Source: an uncultured Candidatus Saccharibacteria bacterium | GTDB taxonomy: Bacteria > Patescibacteriota > Dojkabacteria > SC72 | Length of the DNA: 33,344 nucleotides | Direction of reading: 5' to 3' | Assembly (NCBI GenBank): GCA_964465815.1 | Contig: CAYXLF010000001.1 | Location: forward strand, 1-33,344 | Shown: positions 17,293 through 26,456 of the stretch, piece by piece | Position numbering within the stretch: the first letter of the stretch is position 1 | Layout of the letters: each line of letters begins with the position of its first letter | Notes under the pieces: generated by a model | Told to the model about the DNA's origin: nothing | Databases searched by the model: none | Seen by the model: the letters and a program-made list of their open reading frames with translations, nothing else | Made by a program: the position numbers and the translations under genes

Positions 17293-18088
17293 CTGGAAAG
17301 AAATAATTAAAAAACATCTGACACTATACTTCTCTCAGGAGTATATGCATAAAGGGCAATTGATCTCTTGGGTTATTGCAGATGTTATAAAAATTGCAGG
17401 ATTGTGTTTTGTATGGTTAGCATCCTCAAAGATCACAGGGAGTATAGATCAAGCATATATTGTTACATACTACGTAATAATGCTGATTGTCGGGAGGTTA
17501 ATGGCAGATATAACGCCAGAGGAGGGTATTAGGCAAATCCTAAACGGAAAATTCTCGAACTTGTTGCTCAAGCCTACAAGTTATCTTAACTGCTATATTG
17601 GTAATAACCTCGGTTCAAATCTATTTCGACTTATGGTATCTGCTCCGGCATTCCTACTTGGGATGTTTTTAGCTATTAAACTGGATCTTTGGATAACGGA
17701 TTTTAACCCATACTTAATATTTCTAGCCATTCTGGCAATTGTAATGGGTTTTTTAATTAATTTCTTATTAGGAAATATCTTCTCTTTGTTAGCATTCTAC
17801 AACAAAAATATGGAAGGAATGCGAATATTCTATTTCAATATCGCAGCATTACTTTCCGGGGAATTTATCCCCTTAATAATACTTCCATTCGTAGCCGAAT
17901 TTGCTTTGAAAGTTTTACCCTTTAGATATACATTGTCTTTCCCAATAGAGATATTGATAGGAAGAGTGACCAATTATGATATCTACACAGGCTTTATTAT
18001 TGGATTAATATGGTTAGTTGCTTTGTATTTTGTGTATAAAGTTTTTTACTCAATAGCTATTAGAAGATATGCAGCAGAAGGTATTTAG
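17258..18088 (+). CDS. ABC-2 family transporter permease (COG4587/COG3694-like)
   Basis: 276-aa ORF with about 6 TM helices and the family-typical motif NGKFSNLLLKPTSYL. The start could instead be M3 at 17264. Confidence 0.65.
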   Translation: MKMRERVKKNNNWKEIIKKHLTLYFSQEYMHKGQLISWVIADVIKIAGLCFVWLASSKITGSIDQAYIVTYYVIMLIVGRLMADITPEEGIRQILNGKFSNLLLKPTSYLNCYIGNNLGSNLFRLMVSAPAFLLGMFLAIKLDLWITDFNPYLIFLAILAIVMGFLINFLLGNIFSLLAFYNKNMEGMRIFYFNIAALLSGEFIPLIILPFVAEFALKVLPFRYTLSFPIEILIGRVTNYDIYTGFIIGLIWLVALYFVYKVFYSIAIRRYAAEGI

Positions 18089-18881
18089 AGAAAATTTGTT
18101 TAGATATTGGAAGATATGGGTATTATGCCTAAGGGCTAGTATGAAGAAGAGCCGTATGTATAAGGGAGAGATTTTTGTAAGATTCTTAAGAACCATCTTT
18201 ATAGTTCTCACACAGCTACTCTTGCTTTCTGTGGTTTTTGGAGATCAAAAATATCTTGTGGGTTGGTCAAGGTCGGAGGCATATCTTGTTCTGGGAATAT
18301 GGAATCTTTTGAACTATTCGGGTTGGGCTTTGTTTGGGGTAAATCTCTCTATGTTAGAAAGATACGTAGTGGATGGAGATTTTGATTTTACACTTACAAA
18401 ACCAATCTCTTCTGCTTGGTTGACATCTTTTGGGGATTTCTCAATGTATAACTTAATATCTGCGCTTTCCGGAGTGATATTGATAGGGTACTATTTTGTT
18501 GTTAATTGGACCTGCATATTTTTAAATAATGTATTGCTATTTGTGTGCGCAATTGTTGTTGCTGCAATTATTTGGTATGCAATATATCTTTTCTTTGCAA
18601 GTTTTACACTTTCTATTCCAAGAAGTGGATTTATGGGTATTGCTAAGGAGATTCTAGGATTAACACGATACCCAACTAATATATACGCAAGTACATTACA
18701 GTTGATTTTCCATACGGTGATACCAATTGCTTTTGTTTCTACCGTTCCGGTTGAAATTTTAACTAATAGGGAGAGTCCTGTGCTTCTAATTATTGGTGCG
18801 GGAATAGCTTTTATTCTTTTAAGGTTTAGTTACTGGGTATGGAGCAAGAATATTAGGAAATTTGTAAGTGCTGGTGGATAA
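18069..18881 (+). CDS. ABC-2 family transporter permease, second subunit
   Basis: 270-aa ORF with about 6 TM helices and the motif DGDFDFTLTKPISSAWL. Overlaps the upstream paralogous permease by 20 nt. Confidence 0.65.
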   Translation: MQQKVFRENLFRYWKIWVLCLRASMKKSRMYKGEIFVRFLRTIFIVLTQLLLLSVVFGDQKYLVGWSRSEAYLVLGIWNLLNYSGWALFGVNLSMLERYVVDGDFDFTLTKPISSAWLTSFGDFSMYNLISALSGVILIGYYFVVNWTCIFLNNVLLFVCAIVVAAIIWYAIYLFFASFTLSIPRSGFMGIAKEILGLTRYPTNIYASTLQLIFHTVIPIAFVSTVPVEILTNRESPVLLIIGAGIAFILLRFSYWVWSKNIRKFVSAGG

Positions 18882-18938
18882 CATTATAGTTTTCTAAAAC
18901 ACAAGGAAATCTCAGATAGTGATTGATAAGATAAGGGC

Positions 18939-19943
18939 TTACTTCGAAGCGAAGCGTCTAGTTTGTTCCAAAACAATATTTAATGCTTCTTCTGCAGTCT
19001 TCGCTTTTATCGGGGATGCCGACGCATATGGATGTCCTCCTCCTCCAAGTGCTTGTGCTATATCACCAACTTCTTGATATCCCTTTGTACTTCTGAATGA
19101 CACGAACCATGTATCTGGGTTATCAAAATCCGGTTTTATGATAAATCCCCAATGCACACCTTGTATGAATCTGATGTATTTGTCTCTGAGGAATGCTTGT
19201 GCTTCATTGACCCCTGTTTTGCTTAGTCCTTCTTTCTCAATTTCATCAAGTGATATATACATATATGCCATATCCTTCTCAATAGTTAGCGTCTTCAAGT
19301 ATGAGATGATTGCAGGTGTAGCTTCTTTGGGGAATTTCGCAGCGTTGTATGACATTGCTTCCATATCCACATCGGAAACTTGTTTCGCGTCTGCAAATAC
19401 TCTTAGAGTATCTGGAGTAGTTGTTTCGTAGAGAAATCTCCCTGTATCAGCAACTATTCCGTATTGGGTTAATTCTGCAATATCTTTTGTTAATACAAAT
19501 TTCTTCCCTAGTATATTTTTGAAACTGGCAAATACCTGCTCTGTAGCAGAGCTTCTCTTTTCATTAATCACAAAACCATCTGCGTTATTCTCAACCTCAG
19601 TGTGATGATCGATGCAAACAATCTCCTTATTGGTATCTTTTAATTGATCTCGGGCAAAATCTAAGCATAGATCTATCTTCCCAGCATCTGTAACAATTAT
19701 TAAATCCTCTTCTCCTTCTCTTAATTCTTCTACTACGTGGATAGCTTTCATCCCTGGGAGATTTGCAGTAGGCATCTGTCTTGCCTTCATAACAACATTC
19801 TTTCTAGGATCTAGTTGCTCGATGAAAAGCTTGGTCATAATCATGCTACAGAAAGCATCAATATCTGGACTTCTGTGAGTAATGATCAAAATATTCTTAG
19901 ATTCTTCAATTAATTGCTTAAATTTCTTGTTGTACTGTAACAT
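18939..19943 (-). CDS. nrnA: DHH/DHHA1 phosphoesterase (NrnA-like nanoRNase / pAp phosphatase)
   Basis: 334-aa ORF with HRSPDIDAFCS, DHH (CIDHHTE) and the DHHA1 motif GGGGHPYASA. Confidence 0.85.
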   Translation of the reverse strand: MLQYNKKFKQLIEESKNILIITHRSPDIDAFCSMIMTKLFIEQLDPRKNVVMKARQMPTANLPGMKAIHVVEELREGEEDLIIVTDAGKIDLCLDFARDQLKDTNKEIVCIDHHTEVENNADGFVINEKRSSATEQVFASFKNILGKKFVLTKDIAELTQYGIVADTGRFLYETTTPDTLRVFADAKQVSDVDMEAMSYNAAKFPKEATPAIISYLKTLTIEKDMAYMYISLDEIEKEGLSKTGVNEAQAFLRDKYIRFIQGVHWGFIIKPDFDNPDTWFVSFRSTKGYQEVGDIAQALGGGGHPYASASPIKAKTAEEALNIVLEQTRRFASK

Positions 19944-19947
19944 AATC

Positions 19948-19976
19948 TTGATAATACCAGATGGGGAGAATATAAT
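19948..19976 (+). promoter_or_regulatory. Putative sigma70-type promoter for serS
   Basis: TTGATA (19948-19953), 17-nt spacer, TATAAT (19971-19976). Implies a leader of about 110 nt. Confidence 0.5.
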
Positions 19977-20093
19977 AAACCTAGAAATGAGAAGATATTT
20001 TTACAACTCATCATCATCTTCAGTCCTCTAGGAGGACGAATTAATTACTTTCAAAATTTTTGTTTTGTATATTTAAATTAAAGAAATAGACAG

Positions 20094-21365
20094 ATGATAG
20101 ATATTAAAAAAATAGTAGAAGATAAAGAAAAGGTTAAAGAAGGATTACTGAAAAGAATGAAACCCGAAGAGCTAGATCTGGATTGTATCGTTAATTTATA
20201 TAACCAGAGAAAAGAACTCCAAACAGAATATGATGTAAAGAGAGGAGAGCAGAATGCGTTTAATGAGAAGATGGCCAAGGTGGAGAAAGGTGGAGATGAA
20301 TTTAAGCAACTAGTTGCAGATTTGAAGATAAAGGCAGAAGAGGTAAAAGGTATTGAAGAGAGATTAAAGGCGGTAGAGGTAGAGCTTAAGGCAAAGATGG
20401 CTGTGTTCCCAAATATCCCAGATGAGGATATGCTTGCTGGGGAGAAGGAAAATAACCAAGTGATTAAAACTGTTGGAGAAAAACCTATATTTGATTTCAA
20501 GATTAAGGATCATGTTGAGTTAGGGAAGAATTTAGATATATTTGATTTAGAGACTGCTGCAAAGATATCTGGCGCAAATTTCCCAATGTACAAAGGTTTA
20601 GGTGCTAGGTTAGAATGGGCTTTGATCAATTTCTTCATATCTGAGCATAATAACTCGGGGTATGAGATGATTATTCCTCCTAATCTTGTGGTTGAGCAAT
20701 CTGCCTATGCTGCAGGTCAGCTTCCAAAGTTCAAAGAGGATGTGTATTGGGTGCAGGATGGATTGTGTTTAGTTCCTACTGCTGAAACTGTTTTGACAAA
20801 TATTTACAGAGATTCTGTGTTAGAAGAAAAAGATCTCCCTAAGAAATTTTTTGCATACACACCATGCTACAGAAGAGAAGCGGGCACATATCGTGCAAGT
20901 GAGAAAGGTTTGATCAGAATGCATCAGTTTAACAAAGTTGAGATGTACCAATTTACTGCGGATGATAAATCAACGGAAGCATTTGAGGAGTTAGTGGCTA
21001 AAGCTGAGGATTTGGTAAAGAAATTGGGTCTACACTATCGTGTGGTTAAACTTGCAGCCGGGGATTGTTCTGCGGTTGCAGCCAGAACCTATGACATTGA
21101 GGTATATATGCCAACGATGGATACATACTATGAAGTCAGTTCCGTATCTAATGCCACTGATTATCAGGCGAGAAGAGGAAATATGAGGTACAAACCTGCT
21201 GATGGTGGAAAACCAAGATTTATGCATACCCTTAATGGATCTGGATTGGCCACAAGTAGATTAATGGTTGCATTGGTAGAGGCATATCAGCAAGCAGATG
21301 GCTCCATTACAGTACCTGAGGTACTAAGGCCTTTTATGGGAGGGATAGATAAAATATCTAAGTAA
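20094..21365 (+). CDS. serS: Serine--tRNA ligase
   Basis: 423-aa ORF with an N-terminal coiled-coil arm. The class II core includes YRREAG, FNKVEM and GSGLATSR. Confidence 0.93.
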   Translation: MIDIKKIVEDKEKVKEGLLKRMKPEELDLDCIVNLYNQRKELQTEYDVKRGEQNAFNEKMAKVEKGGDEFKQLVADLKIKAEEVKGIEERLKAVEVELKAKMAVFPNIPDEDMLAGEKENNQVIKTVGEKPIFDFKIKDHVELGKNLDIFDLETAAKISGANFPMYKGLGARLEWALINFFISEHNNSGYEMIIPPNLVVEQSAYAAGQLPKFKEDVYWVQDGLCLVPTAETVLTNIYRDSVLEEKDLPKKFFAYTPCYRREAGTYRASEKGLIRMHQFNKVEMYQFTADDKSTEAFEELVAKAEDLVKKLGLHYRVVKLAAGDCSAVAARTYDIEVYMPTMDTYYEVSSVSNATDYQARRGNMRYKPADGGKPRFMHTLNGSGLATSRLMVALVEAYQQADGSITVPEVLRPFMGGIDKISK

Positions 21366-21369
21366 AAAA

Positions 21370-21915
21370 ATGAAGTTTTTCTTGGGATTCTGCCCTGACA
21401 AGGAAGCTAATGTAAAGATACGAAAAATATCTTCTGAACTTGGAAAAGTTTTTGACGATCTGGATATATCTGTGAGATGGAGTAATCCGGATAGCTACCA
21501 CATGGTTATGATTCCAATCAATGTGAGGCTTCCATTTGTTGAGATTCCTTTGTTAAAGCACCAATTACTTAAATATAGTTTCAACCCCTTCAAGGTTGTA
21601 TTTAATGCAAGCAAACTTGGTATCTCAAGAAAATACAAAGAATTGATCTATCTTGATGTCAAGGAAGGCGGAGAGGAGATGCGAAAGATGTACCTAGATT
21701 TGAGAAAGCTTTTAAGAAAAAGTGATGACACTAATTTCATACCGCATCTTGTATTGGGTAGGGTTAGTAAAGATTTAAGCAATCAGGAATATATGAATAT
21801 CTCTAGGGATCTTTCAAGAATTGCAAAGGGATTAAATATCTCTGAAGCTCACTTCTATGTTAATGCTTTAAGAATAATTAAAAGTACACCGGAAGGATTA
21901 GAGATCGTAGGTTAG
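21370..21915 (+). CDS. 2H phosphoesterase superfamily protein (LigT/ThpR-like), variant motifs
   Basis: 181-aa ORF with two H-x-V-x motifs (YHMVMIP and PHLVLGRV) at the spacing expected for the two HxT/S motifs of 2H enzymes. Confidence 0.5.
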   Translation: MKFFLGFCPDKEANVKIRKISSELGKVFDDLDISVRWSNPDSYHMVMIPINVRLPFVEIPLLKHQLLKYSFNPFKVVFNASKLGISRKYKELIYLDVKEGGEEMRKMYLDLRKLLRKSDDTNFIPHLVLGRVSKDLSNQEYMNISRDLSRIAKGLNISEAHFYVNALRIIKSTPEGLEIVG

Positions 21916-22755
21916 AATCTCTTCTAATGATGTGACCCATATCGCATTTGGATTTCTTCTAAACCATGTTTTTTGTCGCTTGATATATTTCATCGTATTC
22001 TTTACAATCGCATCTTTTACATCGTTAAGAGTATATTGTGGAACCCTTTCAAAATATGGTAAGAACTCCTGGTATCCGATGGATTGTAGTGCAGGGTATT
22101 GGTAATACCCATTCTCAAAAGCATCCCTTGCCTCTTTTTCTAACCCTTGCTCAAACATCTTTTCCACTCTCTGCATTACATTTTTTTCAAGTATTTCTTT
22201 CGGGAAATCTACGACAAAATACTTACATGGAAATACGGGTGTCATATTTCGTGTTGAGAGGGTGCCTTCTTTTTCAATTATTCTAATCAAACGTCTTGAA
22301 TTGCTTCGATCACTTTCATTTAGCAGATCAAGCACATCTGGCGATATTCTAGATTGAAGCTCTTGCAATGTCAGGGATGCAAGTGCCTCTCGTTGCCCTT
22401 TGTTATCTCTTTCTGAATCCAGATCATATCCAAATATAACAGAATCAATATATAGCCCTGTACCTCCAACAAGTATAATCTGTTTCTCTGCTGGAATGGT
22501 ATCTATTAGTGTAAGTACATCTTTTTGGTATTTATGGATATTGTACTCCTCTGTTACAGATACACAGCCATAGAGGTAGTGGGGGATGGTCTCCATCTCT
22601 GATTCAGATGGTCTCGCAGTACCAATAGAAAGCTCTTTGTAAATCTGTCTCGAATCGGCGTTTATAATAACGCCGTTAATGTTTCTTGCTAAATCAATAG
22701 CAATACTAGATTTCCCTGAAGCAGTAGGTCCGGCTATGACAATAATTGAACGCAT
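21898..22755 (-). CDS. miaA: tRNA dimethylallyltransferase MiaA
   Basis: 285-aa ORF with P-loop GPTASGKS, DSRQIYK and GGTGLY motifs. Confidence 0.92.
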   Translation of the reverse strand: MRSIIVIAGPTASGKSSIAIDLARNINGVIINADSRQIYKELSIGTARPSESEMETIPHYLYGCVSVTEEYNIHKYQKDVLTLIDTIPAEKQIILVGGTGLYIDSVIFGYDLDSERDNKGQREALASLTLQELQSRISPDVLDLLNESDRSNSRRLIRIIEKEGTLSTRNMTPVFPCKYFVVDFPKEILEKNVMQRVEKMFEQGLEKEARDAFENGYYQYPALQSIGYQEFLPYFERVPQYTLNDVKDAIVKNTMKYIKRQKTWFRRNPNAIWVTSLEEILTYDL

Positions 22756-22757
22756 GG

Positions 22758-23267
22758 CTATTTAATCAATTTATACACCAAGAAATATGTAAGCCACAAA
22801 GTAGCTAGAGAATCGCCAAGAGCAAAAAGAAGGGGAAGTATTAAAGATGGTGAAAGTACTGCAACTGCGACTAAAAGCAAAGTAATGGATAGCGATAACC
22901 TTATGGTATCATTTTTCATTTCTTTTTTGATCTCCAATATCGAGAAATCTTTTCTTTTGTAATTTTGCATGAAATATCCTACAGCGGTACCAATGTTCAG
23001 TGTAACAACAAAAATTGTAACAAATGGTACAACTTTAAATATATCCGTAACTTCTACCTTAAATGCTAAATTTGCTATTAAGAAAGTAATACATACGAGG
23101 AAACCAGATATCAAGATTGAGAATAGAGAGACAAGTGCGAATCTCTTATTTTTTGTAAATATCCAAACCAGTGTGGGTATGGCTAAGAGTATTATCAAAA
23201 GAAGGATTCCAAGGAGAATCTTCTCATAGGAGGTCCAGCTATTCCAAAGATTTGTAAATATTTCCAT
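22758..23267 (-). CDS. Small polytopic membrane protein (possible SecF-like remnant)
   Basis: 169-aa ORF with 4-5 TM helices, lying 2 nt from both flanking genes. Confidence 0.45.
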   Translation of the reverse strand: MEIFTNLWNSWTSYEKILLGILLLIILLAIPTLVWIFTKNKRFALVSLFSILISGFLVCITFLIANLAFKVEVTDIFKVVPFVTIFVVTLNIGTAVGYFMQNYKRKDFSILEIKKEMKNDTIRLSLSITLLLVAVAVLSPSLILPLLFALGDSLATLWLTYFLVYKLIK

Positions 23268-23269
23268 AG

Positions 23270-24478
23270 TTATATTTTCTTTATCTTATTTAAATACCAT
23301 CCAGAAATGATCAAACATATTTTCGAGAGTGCGGTTAATAACAGAACGTTTTGTGCTAATTGACTTAAAGTGCCACTTGTTAAGAATGTTGTTGAAGCAA
23401 GCAGTATCAGAAGGAAAAGCTCAATGTAGAAATGTGAATCTTTGTTCTCACTTAGTACATAGGTTGTTACAACTAGTAATATCATCTCTACCGCCAAGTA
23501 GTTAAGATCAACGGGAACGTTAAATATCTTTAGAAATGCGATATACAGTGATGCTGAGAGAGTCGTGGCGATTAAGACCTTCGCGGCTCTTTGTTTGTCT
23601 ATACTTTTTGAGATGACAAGGTACGTATACATGATAATAATGCTTGCAGCTATCGCAATCGCGATTCCGATATAATCTACTGCGGGAGTATCAATGGTGA
23701 TTTCTGCCTCGGATTCAATAGTACAGTCGGTATTTATTAACCCAGAATTGTAAAGCAGTGACATAACTTTAATCTGTTGTATATCTTCAGTGGAGATGGG
23801 AATCGCAAATATCTGTTGGGTGGTATCGACCAAATATGGTGTAACAAACCCATCTAGATTTACGCCGATATATTGACCATTGTACTTCTCTAGAAATGTG
23901 TTAAAAGCTTCGGTTTTATTCGCCCAGAGCTTAAAGATTGCAAAGTAGGATTGCTCTCCGCTATTAGTTTTTAATTTTGTTATATAAACATTTCTGAAAT
24001 CACTTCTATCCCATTCTGTAGCATCATAGTTTGTTGCATAAATATATGCATATTGATCACCACTATTCTCAAAATTTACATCAGTTTTCCTTGTCACTAT
24101 CTGTGCTGAGAAACGATTAGCTAAAAGTTCTCTGACCAGTGATTGATCTTTTGCAGACGTTATAGTTATGTGAATCTTGTTATCGATTATGCTGGAAGAA
24201 ATCTCTTCAACTCCAAAACCTTCAAGTCTTTTGAAGAAAATATCATTAATATCTTCTAATGATTGTACGGATGTATCTTCCGCGGAGATAATATACTCTT
24301 TCGACCAATATGTCCCATTTTTTAAAGTTAAATTGTAGTTAACCTTCGAGAAATATTTTTCAGTCAAAGGGAGCGCAATGAATATTGCAGCTAAAAAAAG
24401 AGATGTGACAATTATTATTAATGTGTAGTTTAACAAGGGCTTGAGATTCAAGCTCAGTTTTAGTTTTGGTAATTTCAT
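23270..24478 (-). CDS. Membrane protein with a large extracytoplasmic domain (SecD-like topology)
   Basis: 402-aa ORF: one N-terminal TM, a soluble domain of about 250 aa, then about 5 C-terminal TM helices. The segment VPVDLNYLAVEMILLVVTTYVLSEN weakly resembles the conserved SecD/F TM region. Confidence 0.4.
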   Translation of the reverse strand: MKLPKLKLSLNLKPLLNYTLIIIVTSLFLAAIFIALPLTEKYFSKVNYNLTLKNGTYWSKEYIISAEDTSVQSLEDINDIFFKRLEGFGVEEISSSIIDNKIHITITSAKDQSLVRELLANRFSAQIVTRKTDVNFENSGDQYAYIYATNYDATEWDRSDFRNVYITKLKTNSGEQSYFAIFKLWANKTEAFNTFLEKYNGQYIGVNLDGFVTPYLVDTTQQIFAIPISTEDIQQIKVMSLLYNSGLINTDCTIESEAEITIDTPAVDYIGIAIAIAASIIIMYTYLVISKSIDKQRAAKVLIATTLSASLYIAFLKIFNVPVDLNYLAVEMILLVVTTYVLSENKDSHFYIELFLLILLASTTFLTSGTLSQLAQNVLLLTALSKICLIISGWYLNKIKKI

Positions 24479-24481
24479 CTG

Positions 24482-25054
24482 TTAAAGTAAGTCAGATATC
24501 TGTCCGAATATGATCATCTTATCTTTTTCTAAGATGTTCATCAAGAATGGTTCTTTCTTTTTTCTAGCAAAATCAAAGTCTTCTTTTGTGATAGCGCTAA
24601 ATCTAATCTCTCGTTTCTGATCTTTTTCTAATTCACTAACCGCTTTGGAGAGTTCTCGAATGTTCATATTACCAATGAAGAGAAAATCAACATCGGTAGG
24701 ATTATCATATCTATTTTTAATGAAACTCTCAGTTAGTACTACAACTTGTACCCCTTCAATACCCTCTACAACTTTGAGTATTGCTTTGCCAATATTTGAC
24801 TCTTTGTAGAACATGCCTCTAAGTTCCTGCAGTATAGGACATTTTTTGTTTAGACGATATACCAATTTGTTTCCATCTTTCTTAGAGTAGAGTAGCCCTG
24901 CATCTTGAAGATTTAGCAGCTCTCTACGAACAGCATTAATCTCTTCATCAAGAATTCTAACTAAACCTCGGACATGGAAAGATGCGTTAAGATCGAGCAT
25001 ATATTGCTCTAGGATTCTGATCCTAACTTTTGATATAAAAAGATTTTTTAGCAT
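24482..25054 (-). CDS. Winged-helix (ArsR-like) regulator fused to a nucleotidyltransferase-like C-terminal domain
   Basis: 190-aa ORF. The N-terminus (RIRILEQ ... VRGLVRILDEEINAVRRELLNLQDAGLL) fits a wHTH. The C-terminus carries a PTDVDFLFIG NTase-like motif. Confidence 0.6.
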   Translation of the reverse strand: MLKNLFISKVRIRILEQYMLDLNASFHVRGLVRILDEEINAVRRELLNLQDAGLLYSKKDGNKLVYRLNKKCPILQELRGMFYKESNIGKAILKVVEGIEGVQVVVLTESFIKNRYDNPTDVDFLFIGNMNIRELSKAVSELEKDQKREIRFSAITKEDFDFARKKKEPFLMNILEKDKMIIFGQISDLL

Positions 25055-25075
25055 AGTTCCCCAACCTGCTTAATA

Positions 25076-26377
25076 TTATTGCTCAATTATATCAAATTTC
25101 CCATCAGATGTACCTAACATTTCGACCCATATTCTTCCTCTATTAAAAGTCACCTCATTGCCTTGGCTATCGTAGTATGTGGTTCTATCTGTTCTAGAAG
25201 TCTTCTTCCACGTACCTGTGGTGATCTTCCCATCTATGAGGAATGTCGCATCCCCTTGCCCGATAGTAGTAATAATTAGGTGACCTTTGTCGTCTCCCGA
25301 TTGAACCATCGAGACTTCTTGTACTACGATGTTCTTGGCATGAACTTGTGTCTTTGTCTCTTGGTCTATATCGGCTTGTCCACCAACCATTCTTAGGTAT
25401 GAGTTTGTATCAGGATCATATGTCCATATTACATTGTATAACCCACTATTGATTAGTCTCTCGTGGAATGTAAGCTCTACTTTGGTCTTTTCGCCTCTGT
25501 TTGAAATATCTGCATCTGCTTTGAATTTCCATTTCTCAAAACTTGAAGGGAATCCATCCCAATTCACTTTTTCTGCATATTCCCAAGCGTAGGTAATGGA
25601 GCTGTACTCATTGTGTGGTGCAACTCTCCTGCCATCATTCCATCTCCAAGCACCAATTGTGGCAATATCTTTTGCACCATAGTTATCAAGGTTCCCACAT
25701 GCATTCGTTCTAGGATCCTCTGAGGATGCACAACCATCATGGATTATCAATGAATCATATTCTAATGCCCACTCTAAGAAATAGTTTCGAATACTTCGTA
25801 TAGGGCCAACCTTCTCAGGTGCCTGACTCCAATATATTGCCATTAACCTAGTAATACCTCCCTCAGCATTGGCTTCAATCACAATATCTGCACTGTTAAG
25901 GCTAGATAATGGTCTCGCATCGGCATGGTTATTAGTCATAACAGAAACTGCTCTCCTGACCAGCATTTTATCCATTTCAGATTTGGTAAAGAGTAATCCA
26001 TTTAATGGGCTTTCCTCTGTTCTAGGCTCTGTTGGTTTTGATAGCAAGGGTAAAATATGTTTGAAAGTTCCAGTAGGAGCATCCGAAGTTATATAGTCTT
26101 GATTGAAAGAAAAAATATTTTCCAAAGGTTGTGGTTTTACTTTGTATATGCCGAAGTAATAGAAACCTGCAATACCAAGTAATGTAAGTACTGCGACTAT
26201 TGGAAATATGAAGTTCTTGATATTAAGTTTCTTTTTAGGGATATTCAACTCAACCTTCTCATCTTGAATATCTTCTTTTACGACTTCCTTGGTTTCTGGA
26301 ATTTGAGGCTCCGCAACAGGATTTGTATCTTTAATCTCGGACTTCCCAGTATCTGTGATATTGATCTCTTTAGCCAT
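25076..26377 (-). CDS. DUF3048 (YerB-like) membrane-anchored protein
   Basis: Core reads NNHADARPLSSLNSADIVIEANAEGGITRLMAIYW ... GPIRSIRNYF. Start moved to MAKEINIT (26377) because the 40-aa upstream extension overlaps the divergent gene and is implausible. Confidence 0.75.
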   Translation of the reverse strand: MAKEINITDTGKSEIKDTNPVAEPQIPETKEVVKEDIQDEKVELNIPKKKLNIKNFIFPIVAVLTLLGIAGFYYFGIYKVKPQPLENIFSFNQDYITSDAPTGTFKHILPLLSKPTEPRTEESPLNGLLFTKSEMDKMLVRRAVSVMTNNHADARPLSSLNSADIVIEANAEGGITRLMAIYWSQAPEKVGPIRSIRNYFLEWALEYDSLIIHDGCASSEDPRTNACGNLDNYGAKDIATIGAWRWNDGRRVAPHNEYSSITYAWEYAEKVNWDGFPSSFEKWKFKADADISNRGEKTKVELTFHERLINSGLYNVIWTYDPDTNSYLRMVGGQADIDQETKTQVHAKNIVVQEVSMVQSGDDKGHLIITTIGQGDATFLIDGKITTGTWKKTSRTDRTTYYDSQGNEVTFNRGRIWVEMLGTSDGKFDIIEQ

Positions 26378-26456
26378 GGCAGTTTTGTGTAGATATATAT
26401 CCAATATACTAACATATTGTGGTAGTATTAATAAATAATATTTTATGGAATAAAAT

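Noticed and set aside
14977-21365. T-box leaders upstream of the aminoacyl-tRNA synthetase genes (glyQS, lysS, serS)
   Set aside because: The upstream regions are too short (glyQS, lysS) or lack the specifier-loop and T-box consensus (serS).
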